Numbered from the stretch's first letter, positions 42,650-56,241 are shown. The stretch is DNA of 64,000 nt from Eledone cirrhosa (GCA_964016885.1 OZ024764.1:25606001-25670000), one strand, 5' to 3'. Notes: a model not told the origin generated them from the sequence alone. Made by a program: numbers and translations.

Positions 42650-45600
42650 TCATCATCATCACCGTTTTACGTCTGTTCTTCCATGCTAGCATGGGTTAGA
42701 CGGGTTGTCCTGTTGTGGGCAGTGTCTGGTCGGCTGACCATGCCTTGCTCATACAGGAACTGATTTTGGCTCGATTTCTACAGCTGGATGCCCTTCCTAA
42801 CACCAACCTCATTTACAGTGAGCGCTGAGTTTTTTTTCGTGGCACCTACACGTCCACTTTACAGTGTGGGCTGGGGGGCTTTTTTGCCGTGGCCCCTCCA
42901 CAACCACCTTGCAGTGTGAGGGTGTGGGGGCATATTGTCTATATGCTTCAGCTTCAGCTTGTACCCGTGGGGGGGTCGGGTCTTCTGTATTACTGCGTGA
43001 TGCCAGAGGTCATGGTCGTGTGTCATCGCCTTTGAGAGGTGTAATTGGGTAAGATCGGCTTTTATCACCTCATCCCAGGTCTTCTTGGGTCTCCCCACTC
43101 CGCGGTTTCCATTGACTTCTAGTGCTCTGCACCTTTTTATGCAGCTGTCATCCTTCATACGCATCACATGTCCATACCAACCGCCTCTCCTGCACACAGC
43201 ATTTGATTCCTCTTATTCTCAGTCTCTCTCTCAATTCATTTATGCTTTGTCGTTCGTGTATATTACTATTACACATCCATCGGAGCATGCAGGCTTCGTT
43301 TCTTTCTAATCTACGTAAGTCTTCCACCTTCAGCGCCCAGGTCTCACTACCATGTAACATTGCTGTTCGGATACACGCATCATACAGTCTGCCTTTCATT
43401 TTGAGGGAGAAGCCTTTTGCAGCTAGCAGTGGCAGTAGTTCCCTGAACTTCTTCCATCCCGTTCTTACCCTAGTTATTGTACTTTCTGAACATCCACCTC
43501 CGCTGCTAATTCGGTCACCTAGGTAGCAGAAGCTGTCTACTGTTTCTACAGAGCCCTCCCAGAGATTGGTGGTACTTGTTTCCTGTGGCTGTTTGCTGCT
43601 TGCTGTCCCAGCACAGCTGCTGCATGTGAAGCCTACATTCTTAATTAAGCTTCCTGAGATCCCGCTACATCTCTTGTGTACCATTTGTTTGCATTTGGGG
43701 CAGAGAATGGAGTTCCTATCTACACCTTTCCTAAATACTGAGCAAGGCCATTTCCCCGAGGGGATCTGGGTTCTGTTTTCTCGTCTACTTACAAGGACCT
43801 TAGTCTTTGTCATGTTGACTTTGAGACCCTTTCTTTCTACTCCCTGCTTCCAAGTTTGGAATTTCTTCTCTAGTTCTACCATAGATTCAGCTATAAGTGC
43901 GAGGTCATCAGCATACAGGAGTTCCCATGGGCATCCGGTCTTAAACTCCTCCGATATTGCCTGCAGGACTATGATGAACAGGAGAGGGCTAAGAACAGAG
44001 CCCTGGTGGACACCAACCTGTACGCTAACTTCCTCGCTATACTCATTGCTAATCCTAACTTTGCTGACTGCTCCCCTATACATGGCTTATATAGCTTTCA
44101 CAAGCCATTCATCTACTCTTAGTTTTCTAAGAGCCCACCAGATTACAGCACGTGGAACTCTGTGAAAGGCTTTCTCGAGATCGACGAATGCCAGGTAGAG
44201 TGGCTTACTTTTAGCTAGGTACTTTTCCTGTAACTGCCTCACAAGGAAGAGGGCATCAGTGGTGCCTCTTCCTGGTACAAACCCAAATTGCATCTCATCT
44301 AGTTTCACCCGGTCCTTAATCAACTGTGCTATAACTCTATCTGTTACTTTCATGACCTGGTCCATCAGCTTTATACCTCTATAGTTTCCTCTATCTAGTG
44401 CATCACCTTTACCTTTGTAGCAGTTGACAATGATGCTACTGCACCAATCTTTTGGTATGACACCTAGTATTACCTGGTTAACAATACTTGTGGTTATAGT
44501 GTGACCTACAGATCCAGATGCCTTCAGCATCTCGGCAGCTATACCCGATGGACCGGTTGCCTTCCCCATCTTCATATCTTTGATTGCCTTACTTACTATG
44601 CTGCTGCTGACTTGTACTGCTGGCCCCTCTATAGGGTCTACTTGGGGTAGGGTCTCTTCTTCCCATGCATTCTCCTCATTTAGTAATCTATCATAATGGC
44701 TCTTCCCTGCATCTTTCTTCTCAGCACTTGTGAGGGCAAGCTCACCTTTATCATTCCGGATACAATTCTCTCTGACACACTGCCTCGCAATCTTGAACAC
44801 CTGTTTCTGGTCCACACGTTGCAAAACATGCTTGAATTTTCTATCCTCTGCTTCCCTCCTAGCTAAGTATACTTGTCGCCTAGCTTCCTTCTTGGTCTCT
44901 ATGTAATGTACCCTGCTCCCCCAGTTCTTCCATTCTTTCCATGCCTGTCTCTTGGCCTTAACTGCCTCATCTACCTTATTGTTCCACCACCAAGTCACTC
45001 TCCTTCTGCCTGTGGTCTTACTCCAGCCACAGATCTCATCCGTCGCCTCTAGTAAGTTATTTTTTAGGAACTCCCAGTGCTCTTCTACATTGAATGTCTC
45101 TATCTGTTCTTCTTTACTGTTGTAGGCGTTGAGTAAAATATCTTTAAATCTGTTACTGGCTGAGGGGTCTTTCAGCTTCCAGATCTTTCTTCTCCAGGTT
45201 GGCCTCTGTTTCCAGGTTCATCTAGTTCTGACCGTGAGGTCGCTGACAACTAAGCTATGTTGGGAGGTACATTCCTCACTAGGGTAGGCTTTTGTGTTTA
45301 CGACCGTCCATCTGTCACGTCCTCTGATGAGAATAAAATCTATCTGACTAGAATGCTCCCCTGATCTATAGGTCATCAGGTGGTTGTCAGGTTTTTTGAA
45401 GGTTGTGTTACATATCGACATGTCATTGGCGTCGCAGAATTCTAGAAGTCTGAATCCTTCCTCATTTCTTGTGCCAACCCCGTGGCATCCATGGACTCTA
45501 TTGAAGCCGTCGCAGTGTTTACCTACGTGCCCGTTAAAATCTCCTGCGATGATTAGGAAGTCATTGTCGTTTGTTAGAGCAGTAGTGTGCATTAGGGACT

Positions 45601-45871
45601 CGTAAAACCTATCCTTAAGTTCGTCTGGCAACCCCGATTGGGGTGCGTAAGCTGATATTATTGTGGTAATTGTTTTATTCAGAACTATTCTGAGTTTAAT
45701 GATTCTTGCATTTACCCTGTACACTAAGATTACTTTATCTACCCACTTGTCAGCTAGTAGTATACCTACACCACCCATCCCATCGTCATTTCCCACCCAG
45801 AAAAATTTGTAGCACTGACTTTTTCCTACAAGGACTCTAGCAGACTCTCCTCTCCATCTAGTCTCTTGCAC

Positions 45872-45872
<1 letters not shown>
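42650..45872 (-). mobile_element. Near-complete RTE family C LINE (APE endonuclease, RT, PHD-like insert), pseudogenised
   Basis: [23 protein letters not shown]; FVDLEKAF; LLYADD; WPCSV..CPKC..HKRC..CSSC; few disruptions; 3' UTR and (GAT)n tail. Confidence 0.94.
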
Positions 45873-45912
<40 letters not shown>

Positions 45913-46544
45913 TATATATATATATATATATACATTATATATATATATAAAACCTGTGGCTCAGTAGTTACAGATGATGTTGATCTTTTCTTCTTTTCAG
46001 GTTATAGCTACTGTCTCTCAGAGAGTGGGATTGGCTCAGTGCACAGTCTTTCCTCACTTAAAAAAATATCTTCACACACAGGCATTGCATGATAGAATTA
46101 ATTAATAATTATTAATAATGGTATATCATGCAATGACCATACTCGATAACGAGGGGGCAGCCATCATGTATATATATGTATATATATATAATTTCCATAT
46201 ATATTTTGTTTGCACATTGATTCACACAAACAAATTTTTACCATACATATCACTGTGTGTATATACGTATATATATACAGAGACACACACACACAAACAA
46301 CCACATTCACAAGACATATATACATAGACACAGTTGCCGAGAGTTACACATTACATCTGTCTGTGTGTATGTGTATATACACACACACACACACATACTT
46401 CAACTTATATACAGACTTAGGCAAGTACATTTACAGAACACATACACAAAGACCTTACATCTGTCGGTCTGTGTAAGTATACACACGCACATACGCCAAC
46501 TCATATATCTACACAGAAGCTAGCACGTTCGCAAGACATACATA

Positions 46545-46878
46545 GACAGACACATTTGCTCAGAGTTACACATTACATCTGTTTGTCTGTCTGTGTGTCT
46601 AGACACACCGACAGACACATTTGCTCAGAGTTACACATTACATCTGTTTGTCTGTCTGTGTGTCTAGACACACAGACAGACACATTTGCTCAGAGTTACA
46701 CATTACATCTGTTTGTCTGTCTGTGTGTCTAGGCACACAGACAGACACATTTGCTCAGAGTTACACATTACATCTGTTTGTCTGCCTGTGTGTCTAGACA
46801 CACAGACAGACACATTTGCTCAGAGTTACACATTACATCTGTTTGTCTGCCTGTGTGTCTAGACACACAGACAGACAC
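46545..46878. repeat. 65-bp minisatellite, about 5 copies
   Basis: CTCAGAGTTACACATTACATCTG recurs at 46559, 46624 and 46689; diverged copies at ~46340 and ~46940. Confidence 0.92.
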
Positions 46879-47237
46879 CAACTCATATATAAACACATAA
46901 GCTAACACATTCACAAGACATACATAGACACACACAGTTGCTGAAAGTTACATGTTAAATCTGTGTCTACACACACCAACTAATTATATATATAAAAGCT
47001 AACATGTTACATCTGTGAGTTTTTCATATATACCACAATTGCAGAATTCTTGCCTTTCCAAGAATCTTGCTGTAACCCCAAAGTTGTTTTCCCATTGATT
47101 TACACATCATAGAAATTGGTGAGTGGCCTCTTTAGTTGTGTGAGTGACATGACAACCTCTAAAAACCCAAACAGGGAGTACTATGAAAAAAGTGCCCCAA
47201 AAGAGGAAGAAATGAGGCAAAAATGGGGAGATTTTAC

Positions 47238-47468
47238 ATAATTGTTTCTACTTTAGGCACAAGGCCAGCAATTATCCAGTGCATTACTGGTACTTTATTT
47301 TATCGACCCCGTGAGGATGAAAGGCAAAGTCAACCTCGGCGGGATTTGAACTCAGATCATAAAGGGACGTAACTATGCTGGAAAGCATGGCGTCCGACCC
47401 TCTACCGATACTGCCAATCCACCGCACTAACATGGCGTCCGACCCTCTACTGATACTGCCAATCCACT
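47238..47468 (-). mobile_element. tRNA-derived SINE with tandemly duplicated 5' head
   Basis: CATGGCGTCCGACCCTCTAC...ATACTGCCAATCCAC occurs twice, at 47387 and 47431. Confidence 0.85.
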
Positions 47469-47689
47469 TTTACATAATGAAAGCTCGAGCCATTTTCACA
47501 GAAGACATCTCTAACCCTCCCCAAAGTAGGTGGAAGATCTCCTCGTTGGATGCGGGGAGTTGTGTCAAAGGCTCAACAACCTCTTTAGCGTTTGTGGTGC
47601 CATGTATAAAACTGCTAGTACACCCTGTAAAGTGGATGGTGATAGAGACAGCTGTATCAATGGCATGACAACCTGCATGTTAAACTCAC

Positions 47690-47758
47690 CCAGGAATCGT
47701 AAATATCTTCCGCAATTTTTTTATGGCTTTTTCCGTGGCAATATATATTTCTTTAACT
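47690..47758 (-). CDS. Candidate 69-nt internal host exon (VKEIYIATEKAIKKLRKIFTIP)
   Basis: Weak TTTAG acceptor, strong GG|GTGAGT donor, open frame, phase-compatible with the candidate at 55873-55972. Confidence 0.22.
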
Positions 47759-47779
47759 CTAAATTATTAATAACAATAT

Positions 47780-47956
47780 ACCATATTTGCTGGCCTATTG
47801 GACGCCCCTTTACATAAGACCCTCCCTCTTTTTTTAATTATATTTTATGTTATATTTTGACATTTATAGCCATTTTTATGGACCACGTCCAATATTTGCG
47901 TTTTTTCACTCTTCACGAATATCGGGGGACAACTGTATACACTAGGGTAAATAGTA
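47780..47956. mobile_element. Degraded Tc1/mariner-type MITE
   Basis: Ends TACCATATTTGCTGGCCTAT... and ...TATACACTAGGGTAAATAGTA resemble TACCGTATTT-type TIRs. Confidence 0.3.
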
Positions 47957-48073
47957 TGGTCCCCTACAAGACCAGACTTTCACCTGCTGAGGCCCTAAGC
48001 TATATGAAATTTGAGGGCCTTCTCTAAAAATATTTGGGTAAAATATTTAAAATAATTATGCATCATTGTTATT

Positions 48074-48291
48074 GGATTGGCAGTATTGGTAGAGCGTCAG
48101 ACACCATGTTTCGTGGCATAGAGTTACACCCCTTTACAGTCTGAGTTCAATCCTGCTGAGGTAAGCTTTGCCTTTCATTCTTATGAGGTTGAAAAAAATA
48201 AAGTACCAGTAATGCACTGGGGTTGATTTAATTAACTTTCTGCTCCCCCCAAAATTGCTGGCCTTGTGCCTAAAGTAGAAATCATTATTAT
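48074..48291 (+). mobile_element. tRNA-derived SINE
   Basis: Same A/B boxes and core as 3150-3338. Confidence 0.82.
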
Positions 48292-48314
48292 TTTTGATAT
48301 TAATGTTCATATAT

Positions 48315-50100
48315 GTATTGTCATAGTATAGGCTTTACCTCACTCTATATATACTATTGTAGTGTCACAGTAGAGGCCTTACCTCACTCTATATATACTA
48401 TAGTATAGTCATAGTATAGGCCTTACCTCACTCTATATATACTATTGTATTGTCACAGTAGAGGCTTTACCTCACTCTATATATACCATTGTATTGTCAC
48501 AGTAAAGGCTTTACCTCACTCTATATATACTATTGTATTGTCATAGTATAGGCCTTACATCACTCTATATATACTATTGTATTGTCACAGTAGAGGTACC
48601 TCACTCTATATATATTACTGTATTGTCACAGTAGAGGCTTTACCTCACTCTATATATACTATTGTATTGTCATAGTATAGGCCTTACCTCACTCTATATA
48701 TACTATTGTATTGTCATAGTATAGGCCTTACCTCCCTCTATAAGTACTATTGTATTGTCACAGTAAAGGCTTTACCTCACTCTATATATACTATTGTATT
48801 GTCATAGTATAGGCCTTACCTCACTCTATATATATTACTGTATTGTCACAGTAGAGGCTTTACCTCACTCTATATATACTATTGTATTGTCACAGTAGAG
48901 GCTTTACCTCACTCTATATATACTATTGTATTGTCACAGTAGAGGCTTTACCTCACTCTATATATACTATTGTATTGTCACAGTAGAGGCTTTACCTCAC
49001 TCTATATATACTATTGTATTGTCATAGTATAGGCCTTACCTCACTCTATATATATTACTGTATTGTCACAGTAGAGGCTTTACCTCACTCTATATATACT
49101 ATTGTATTGTCACAGTAGAGGCTTTACCTCACTCTATATATACTATTGTATTGTCACAGTAGAGGCTTTACCTCACTCTATATATACTATTGTATTGTCA
49201 TAGTATAGGCCTTACATCACTCTATATATACTGCTGTATTGTCACAGTAGAGGCTTTACCTCACTCTATATATACTATTGTATTGTCACAGTAGAGGCTT
49301 TACCTCACTCTATATATACTATTGTATTGTCATAGTATAGGCCTTACCTCACTCTATATATACTATTGTAGTGTCACAGTAGAGGCTTTACCTCACTCTA
49401 TATATACTATTGTAGTGTCATAGTATAGGCTTTACCTCACTCTATATATACTATTGTAGTGTCACAGTAAAGGCTTTACCTCACTCTATATATACTATTG
49501 TATTGTCACAGTCGAGGCTTTACCTCACTCTATATATACTATTGTATTGTCACAGTATAGGCTTTACCTCACTCTATATGTACCATTGTATTGTCATAGT
49601 ATAGGCTTTACCTCACTCTATATATACTATTTTATTGTCACAGTATAGGCTTTACCTCACTCTATATATACCATTGTATTGTCACAGTAAAGGCTTTACC
49701 TCACTCTATATATACTATTGTATCGTCACAGTAGAGGCTTTACCTCACTCTATATATACCATTGTAGTGTCACACTAAAGGCTTTACCTCACTCTATATA
49801 TACTATTGTATTGTCACAGTAAAGGCTTTACCTCATCCTATATATACTATATTATTGTCACAGTAAAGGCTTTATCTCACTCTATATATACTATTGTATT
49901 GTCACAATAAAGGCTTTACCTCACTCTATATATACTATTGTATTGTCACAGTAAAGGCTTTACCTCACTCTATATATACTATCGTATTGTCACAGTAGAG
50001 GCTTTACCTCACTCTATATATACTATTGTATTGTCACAGTAGAGGCTTTACCTCACTCTATATATACTATTGTATTTTCACAGGAAAGGCTTTACCTCAC
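48315..50100. repeat. 44-bp satellite, about 40 copies; deletion derivative of the 72-bp unit
   Basis: Unit CACTCTATATATACTATTGTATTGTCACAGTAGAGGCTTTACCT equals the reverse complement of the 72-mer lacking 28 nt. Confidence 0.95.
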
Positions 50101-50131
50101 ATAATATCTCACATAACATCTCGTATACTCT

Positions 50132-51245
50132 GTGGCGCCAATTGTTTCCAAGCTACACACATTTTTCCCCACATATTTAGGGAAAAGAACGCAGAAAATA
50201 AGGGTCTCCGGAATCCGGCCAAATGCATGCATTTCCTGGGTACTAACAGGATTTTTAGAAGACGAGGACGGAATCCTCTCAGTAGGAGAAGTCACAACAG
50301 ACGTTTTCGGCGGTTTGAGCGTGGAGGTTCTGGTCCAAATGAGACCAGAACGAATAGCTAGAATACCACAGAGGGTGTCCCTCGATGGAGAAACATTTAT
50401 ATACATTTCAGCCGAGGGTAGGAGGCCCATATGTTACTACTGTTCAAGCAGGGGTCATCTAAGGGCTGCCTGTCCTCAATTGACAAAAAAAAAGGCTCTT
50501 TTGCCTTCACCCCACACACCACCACCTCCACCACCACCACCTCCACCACCACCACCACCACAACAACAAAAACAACAATGGAAAAATAACACAAGACACG
50601 GCCCCACCCAAAACAACTCCAAAAACACACACAAACACAACAAAACCCCAAAATACACCACTACCCGACAGCACGGACGAGGACCCAGCTGAAACGGCAC
50701 CTAGTGACGAAGAGGGGAGACCATTCCAGCCTGTAAAAAGGAAAAAAAGAAAGCACCACTCGAACATAAACGAAACAAACACACAACCACCAACAAAAAC
50801 AAAACAAACAGAACAAACAAAATCCGCCCCACCCCAAAACATAACACATACAACAAAACGTAAGCACACACAAGAACAACAAACAAACACAACACAAATA
50901 AAACAGTATACATACATTAACACAAATAACAAAGAACTAGTAAAAACAATACACAAAGACCCTTCGGTGGAAACTGAAGGGCAATTCTTTGCAAGCGCGG
51001 CCAACAAACCGCATTTAAAAATGATAAGACTCCCAATGGACACCTATGCAAAACTAAGAGAGAACTTTCCTGAGGACGTGGGGAAAACATGTACTCGACC
51101 CTATAACTGCGTCCTCTTGAAACGTTTCCCCACCCACACCTCACCAAACACCCCCACTCCACCACAGAACAACACCCCACCAAACAACCCCTCCAATACG
51201 CCCATGGATATTGTGCAACCTGCTCCTCAGGAGCCGAACAGGTAG
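50132..51245 (+). pseudogene. Tx1 ORF1 (zinc knuckle CYYCSSRGHLRAAC), frameshifted in the Pro/Gln/Thr-rich linker
   Basis: CX2CX4HX4C motif. The ORF is broken at 50692 and resumes to a stop at 51245, just before the ORF2 ATG. Confidence 0.75.
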
Positions 51246-51266
51246 GTCCTTCCTCTTTTAAACAAC

Positions 51267-54200
51267 ATGGCTGATATAAGAGTTGGGTGCCTGAATGTAC
51301 GCGGCCTGGGACTGTCTTGGAAACAAGGCAAACTTTTAAACGATCTCAGGTCGCATAGAATGGATGTAATGGCTATTTGCGAGTCCAGGATCAGCAGCGA
51401 GCACCAACTGGCACCCCTCTTCGACGACTTTGAGATCTTCGCATCTCTCTGTCAACCGGGGGGGTGGGGGTGGAGTTGTCGTTCTGCTGCGAAAACACCT
51501 GGGCCTCGCCATACAGAAGGTGCACCTGGACCCGGAGGGTCGACTGGTGGTTTTAGACGTCGGCAGTAGTGAAAGTGGAGCCCTTAAACTAATTGCTGTG
51601 TACGCCCCTTTTTGGGCAGCGCGGCCGGAATACTTCCAACGTCTGGAAACTTTTCTGGGAACGTCCCGCTCCTTGCTTTTAGTGGGGAACTGGAATGGTA
51701 TCCTGGATGCACGTTGGGACTATGTAGGGGCATGTGCCAATAGAGGGGGGTGTAAAAGCCTCAAAAGGTTAATCGGCCGATTTGACCTGGCCGATAGATA
51801 TCGACTAGATTTTCCGACTGTACCACTATGGACGTGGACCAATCGCAGCGGAACATCTAGGTCGTACCTAGATAGGGTCCTAGTTAGAGAGAAGGATAGG
51901 GACACATTGAGCTGTCCAAAAATGTTCATGGTTGACTATTCGGATCACAAGTTAGTGACCTCTATAGCCAACCTTGATAGAACCCATAGACAGGGACCCG
52001 GTTACTGGAAGCTGAACTTGTCCTTACCGAGAAGCAAAGCTTACAGTAAACGGATTAGCACGTTAGTTAAGCAGAGTTTGACAGGGGCAATTGTCAACAA
52101 CAGGTGGTGGAGCTCTCTTAAGAGAGCAATTAGAATAGAATCGATAGGTTTTAGTCAGGAATTAGCAAGGGATAGGAACAAGATGGAAAGGGAATTAGTA
52201 GATAGAGTAGAAGAGGCGATTAGGAGTGACAATGTAGCCGGTGTGCTGGCATCAAGAATGGCCTTAGACCAGTTCTTTGAGGTGAAGCATGAAGGCTGCA
52301 TTGTCAGAAGTAAAATACGTGCTCTGGGTAATGAGGGAGCCAAAGCTGTGAGCTGGGCCCGAGTGACAGAGGCAAAAAGTGGGAACAAGTCCACGATTCG
52401 GTCTTTGAAGGACCAGGATGGGCATGTGATCCTTGAACCTGGGCAGATGTGTGCGGCCTTTCAGCAGCACTTTGCACGACTGTTCGAGAGGGGCGGCGCG
52501 CCGGGTGAGACTATGGATTTCAATCCATACCTCGACGGTCTGCCGCGCCTCTCGGACGCGAAGTCCTGCGAAAGGACGATTTCAGCTGCTGAGATAGGGG
52601 CGGCGTTGAGCCAGTGCGGCAAACGCAAATCCCCGGGTCTCGATGGTCTACCATACGAGCTATATGTAGCGATGCCGGACTTGTTCTCCGATATCCTCGA
52701 AGTGGTCTACTGCAACTGGCAGCAGAACGGGAGAATTCCCTGTTCTGTGACCAAGGGCGCAGTTACGCTGGTGAGGAAGGATGAGAACAAGGGGGATGAC
52801 ATAAGTAACTTCAGGCCCATAACTCTGCTAAATACAGAGTTAAAGATTTTGGCCAAGGTGTTAGTGAAGAGGTTGGCGCTTGTCGTCGGAAACCTGGTGG
52901 GAGAAGCGCAGACATGCGCAATCCCGTCCAGGTCCATTCACAACAATCTCCACCTTATGCGATACATCATAGAGAGGGTAGGGAATGAACCCGGCTTTGG
53001 TGGGGCCCTGATCAACTTGGATCAATCTAAAGCTTTCGCGGTGCTCGCGGCGGAAGGCTTCGGACCCGTTTTCAAGGGTTGGATTGCTGCAATGCACAGC
53101 AGCAACGTCTGCTCAAGGGTCAAGGAGAACGGCCACCTCTCGGAGCCGTTCCAAATCATGCGATCCATCCGACAGGGATGCCCTCTCTCCTCCCTTCTGT
53201 ATGTGCTGGCTCTTGAGCCACTACTGCGGAAGTTGGAGCGGTTGCAGGGCATCCCTTTGGAACCGGGATTGCAGAAAGCGGCGTCGGCCTACACCGATGA
53301 CGTGACAGTAATGGTGTTGAAAACCTCGCAAATCGGTGAGATCGGCACCTTACTGGAGGAATATGAAAGGTTTACAGGAGCCAAGCTGAACCGGGACAAG
53401 TCCGTCGGTTTGCAACTCGGAACATGGAGAGGCAAACCGATGCCCTCCAATGACGTCGTCGGACGCTGGACGGAGGGCCCGGTGAATCTGCTTGGGGTCT
53501 GGTTCGGACCAGACCTCCAGGTGGAGAAAAACTGGAACGAGGTAACGGCCAGGGTGTTTGCACTCACCCAGAAGTGGGCCCAGTGCAAACTATCCCTGAA
53601 AGGTCGAGCGGAGGTGGCGAATACTTATATAGCATCCGTCATCTACTACCGCTTGACCGTCGTGCCTTGCCCAGTGAAAAGACTCGCCAAAATGGAGTGC
53701 GCGTTGTTCCAATTTCTTTGGAACAAGCGGACCCCTTTGGTGAGGAGATCCATCTGCTGTCAACACCCTTCGAAAGGAGGGCTGGGGATGCCGTGGCTAC
53801 AGATGCGTAAACACGCATTGAGGCTACGGCACCTCCAGGTATTCCTCACCGGTCAACCGGTGTGGGCCCCATTTGTAAGGCGAGCCTTTCCCAGACTCGT
53901 CTCGCTCACCGAGCTGCAATCCTGGGTCAAGCAAAGACCGAGAAAAGTGGGCGACTGGCACATTGAATGTGCCCAGGTGCTCACGGCCCTCTGGAAAGCG
54001 GACCCGGCAATCAGTGGAGACTCCACCTCGACATTCTATAGAGGGTTGGTACGCAGCAGGTGCGAGGATGCTCTCGGAGAAGCTCTAGGCATGGAGGAAG
54101 ATGAACTGGCCAGTCTGTTCGGTAGGACGTTTGGCCCTGGACCGATGGACAACTTCCAAAAGTCCCTGGCTTGGCAGTGCTACCGAGGGGCTCTACCCGT

Positions 54201-54672
54201 TCGAGACAAGCTCCACAGGCATGGGAGCCTGGGTAGGGATCCTTTGAATAAGATCTGTCCGAGATGCGTGCATGATGACGAAACCGTTGCGCACGCATTC
54301 GTACACTGCCCAGGCATTGCTGACCTGTGGGGCTATGTGGAACGACTACTGTTGAGGGTGGGACCAATCCGGTTGACCGCCGAGTCCATTGTCACGATCA
54401 AACCGCCTCCCCCTTTCAAAAACGAAGGAGAGGCGGTTTTTCTCTGTGTGATAGCCATGGCTAAAGAAGTTGTATGGTGGACGAGGCTGAAAGGGCTGAG
54501 GTCAGACACCTTTCTCTCCGGCCAACAACTGGTCCCCTTTTTCAAATACCATTTTAAAAGAAGGATCAGAATGGAGAGAGAGGTGCTCTACCCCAGCAAG
54601 TTTTATGAAAGGTGGGTGAAAGTAGGGAGAATGGCCAGAGTGAATGGGTCTTCTCTCTATATCAGCCTGTAG
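51267..54672 (+). pseudogene. Tx1 ORF2: APE endonuclease, reverse transcriptase and C-terminal CCHC finger
   Basis: CLNVRGL, AVYAP, SYLDR, SDHKLV, GPGYWKLN, KSPGLDGLP, NFRPITLLN, RQGCPLS, YTDD, CPRC..ETVAHAFVHC. Frameshift in a G-run near 51460 and a short deletion after DQSKAF. Confidence 0.92.
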
Positions 54673-54909
54673 GTGAAAGAAGAGGAAAAAGAGGAGACGA
54701 GGGAAGCACCTACTCTTTGTGCTCCTGAGGAGAAGGGTTGCACATTTTTTCCGGGGTGTGTGCAACCCATGTTAATGCCCCCTCCCTATTGAGGACTTCG
54801 ATTGTTGTTGTTATTCCATTGTTATATTTTTGTACTCGTTAATTATATGTAAACTTCCCCCCTTGTATCTGTCCCTACCTTTTGTGCCCTAGTGGCAAAT
54901 AAAGAAATC

Positions 54910-55524
54910 ACTCTATATATACTATTGTATTTTCACAGTAAAGGCTTTACCTCACATAATACCTCACATAACATTTACATTGCTCTATATATACTATTGT
55001 ATTGTCACAGTAAAGGCTTTACCTCACATAATACCTCACATAACATTTACATTACTCTATATATACTATTGTATTGTCACAGTAAAGGCTTTACCTCACA
55101 TAATACCTCACATAACATTTACATTACTCTATATATACTATTGTATTGTCACAGTAAAGGCTTTACCTCACATAATATCTCACATAACATTTACATTACT
55201 CTATATATACTATTGAATTTTTACAGTAAAGGCTTTACCTCACATAATATCTCACATAACATTTACATTACTCTATATATACTATTGAATTTTTACAGTA
55301 AAGGCTTTACCTCACATAATATCTCACATAACATTTACATTACTCTATATATACTATTGAATTTTTACAGTAAAGGCTTTACCTCACATAATATCGAATC
55401 TATGAAATTTTGATATTACTTATTTTGAGAACAATACCCTAACATCAGTATGAGTTACAGCTGGTTTGAACAGAAAGAAGTGAGAGAATTCTGGCCGAAT
55501 ACGGCCGGTTTAAATGCTAAAGGG
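54910..55524. mobile_element. Inverted second copy of the piggyBac-type MITE end with ~6.5 copies of the 72-bp satellite
   Basis: 55395-55524 is a diverged reverse complement of 21326-21460 and ends TAAATGCTAAAGGG|ATAA. Confidence 0.82.
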
Positions 55525-55872
55525 ATAAAGAATATAAACTAATGATAAAATAAAAATATTTTTTCTTTTAAACGAGACGCTGGAGAGGGTGTGGCCCAAA
55601 GCTATAGGTAAGTCCAGCACTGGTCCCAGAACCCCAGATAGCGTCATAGGAGCGCCATAGTGGCATACAGTGTTTGTGAGGCATTTTGAAAGCCTGGCAA
55701 CCCATCTCTCTCCCCAGATCTGAACACACACATCTCCCTTACCATCCTTCTCCATTCTGTCCACTGGGACAGCCAGCACATGGGACCCTATTTGATCATA
55801 ATACAGAGAGATGGGGAGGGTGAGAGAGAGGGAAGTGATGGCAGTGTGAGTTCAGCTCTTCCATGTTCAGAC

Positions 55873-55972
55873 CTGGTGTGCAGCGTCAGGTGTCCGTAGA
55901 GAGGTAGTTGTTTGTACTCAGCGAAGATTTTTAGAACCTTGTGTTTTTTATCTTCGCCCTTATGACTACAGC
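55873..55972 (-). CDS. Candidate 100-nt internal host exon (CSHKGEDKKHKVLKIFAEYKQLPLYGHLTLHT)
   Basis: Strong polypyrimidine acceptor CATTTCTTCACTTTCATAG, only one open frame, CAG|GTCTGA donor, non-repetitive context. Confidence 0.33.
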
Positions 55973-56241
55973 CTATGAAAGTGAAGAAATGGCCAAAACA
56001 GAAAGTTAACATTTTGTGGGATAAAGTAACTTGCAGATTCAGAATGGCAAAAATGTAGAAAAGTGAAATACAGATTTCTTCCAGAGAATGATAAAGGGGA
56101 ATAGAGGAAGAATCAACCTCAGTACTGGACTGGTACTTTTGTTTTATCAACCTCAAAAGGATGAGAGGCAAAGTTGATGGGGAATAAATTAGAATTGTAA
56201 AATCTTCATAGGCTAGATTCTCATGAGAATCATTACAACTA

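Larger units (their letters stand above)
50120..54909 (+). mobile_element. Tx1/L1-clade LINE, 5'-truncated in ORF1
   Basis: Gag-like ORF1 plus APE-RT-CCHC ORF2; short 3' UTR ending AATAAAGAAATC; flanked on both sides by satellite. Confidence 0.92.
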
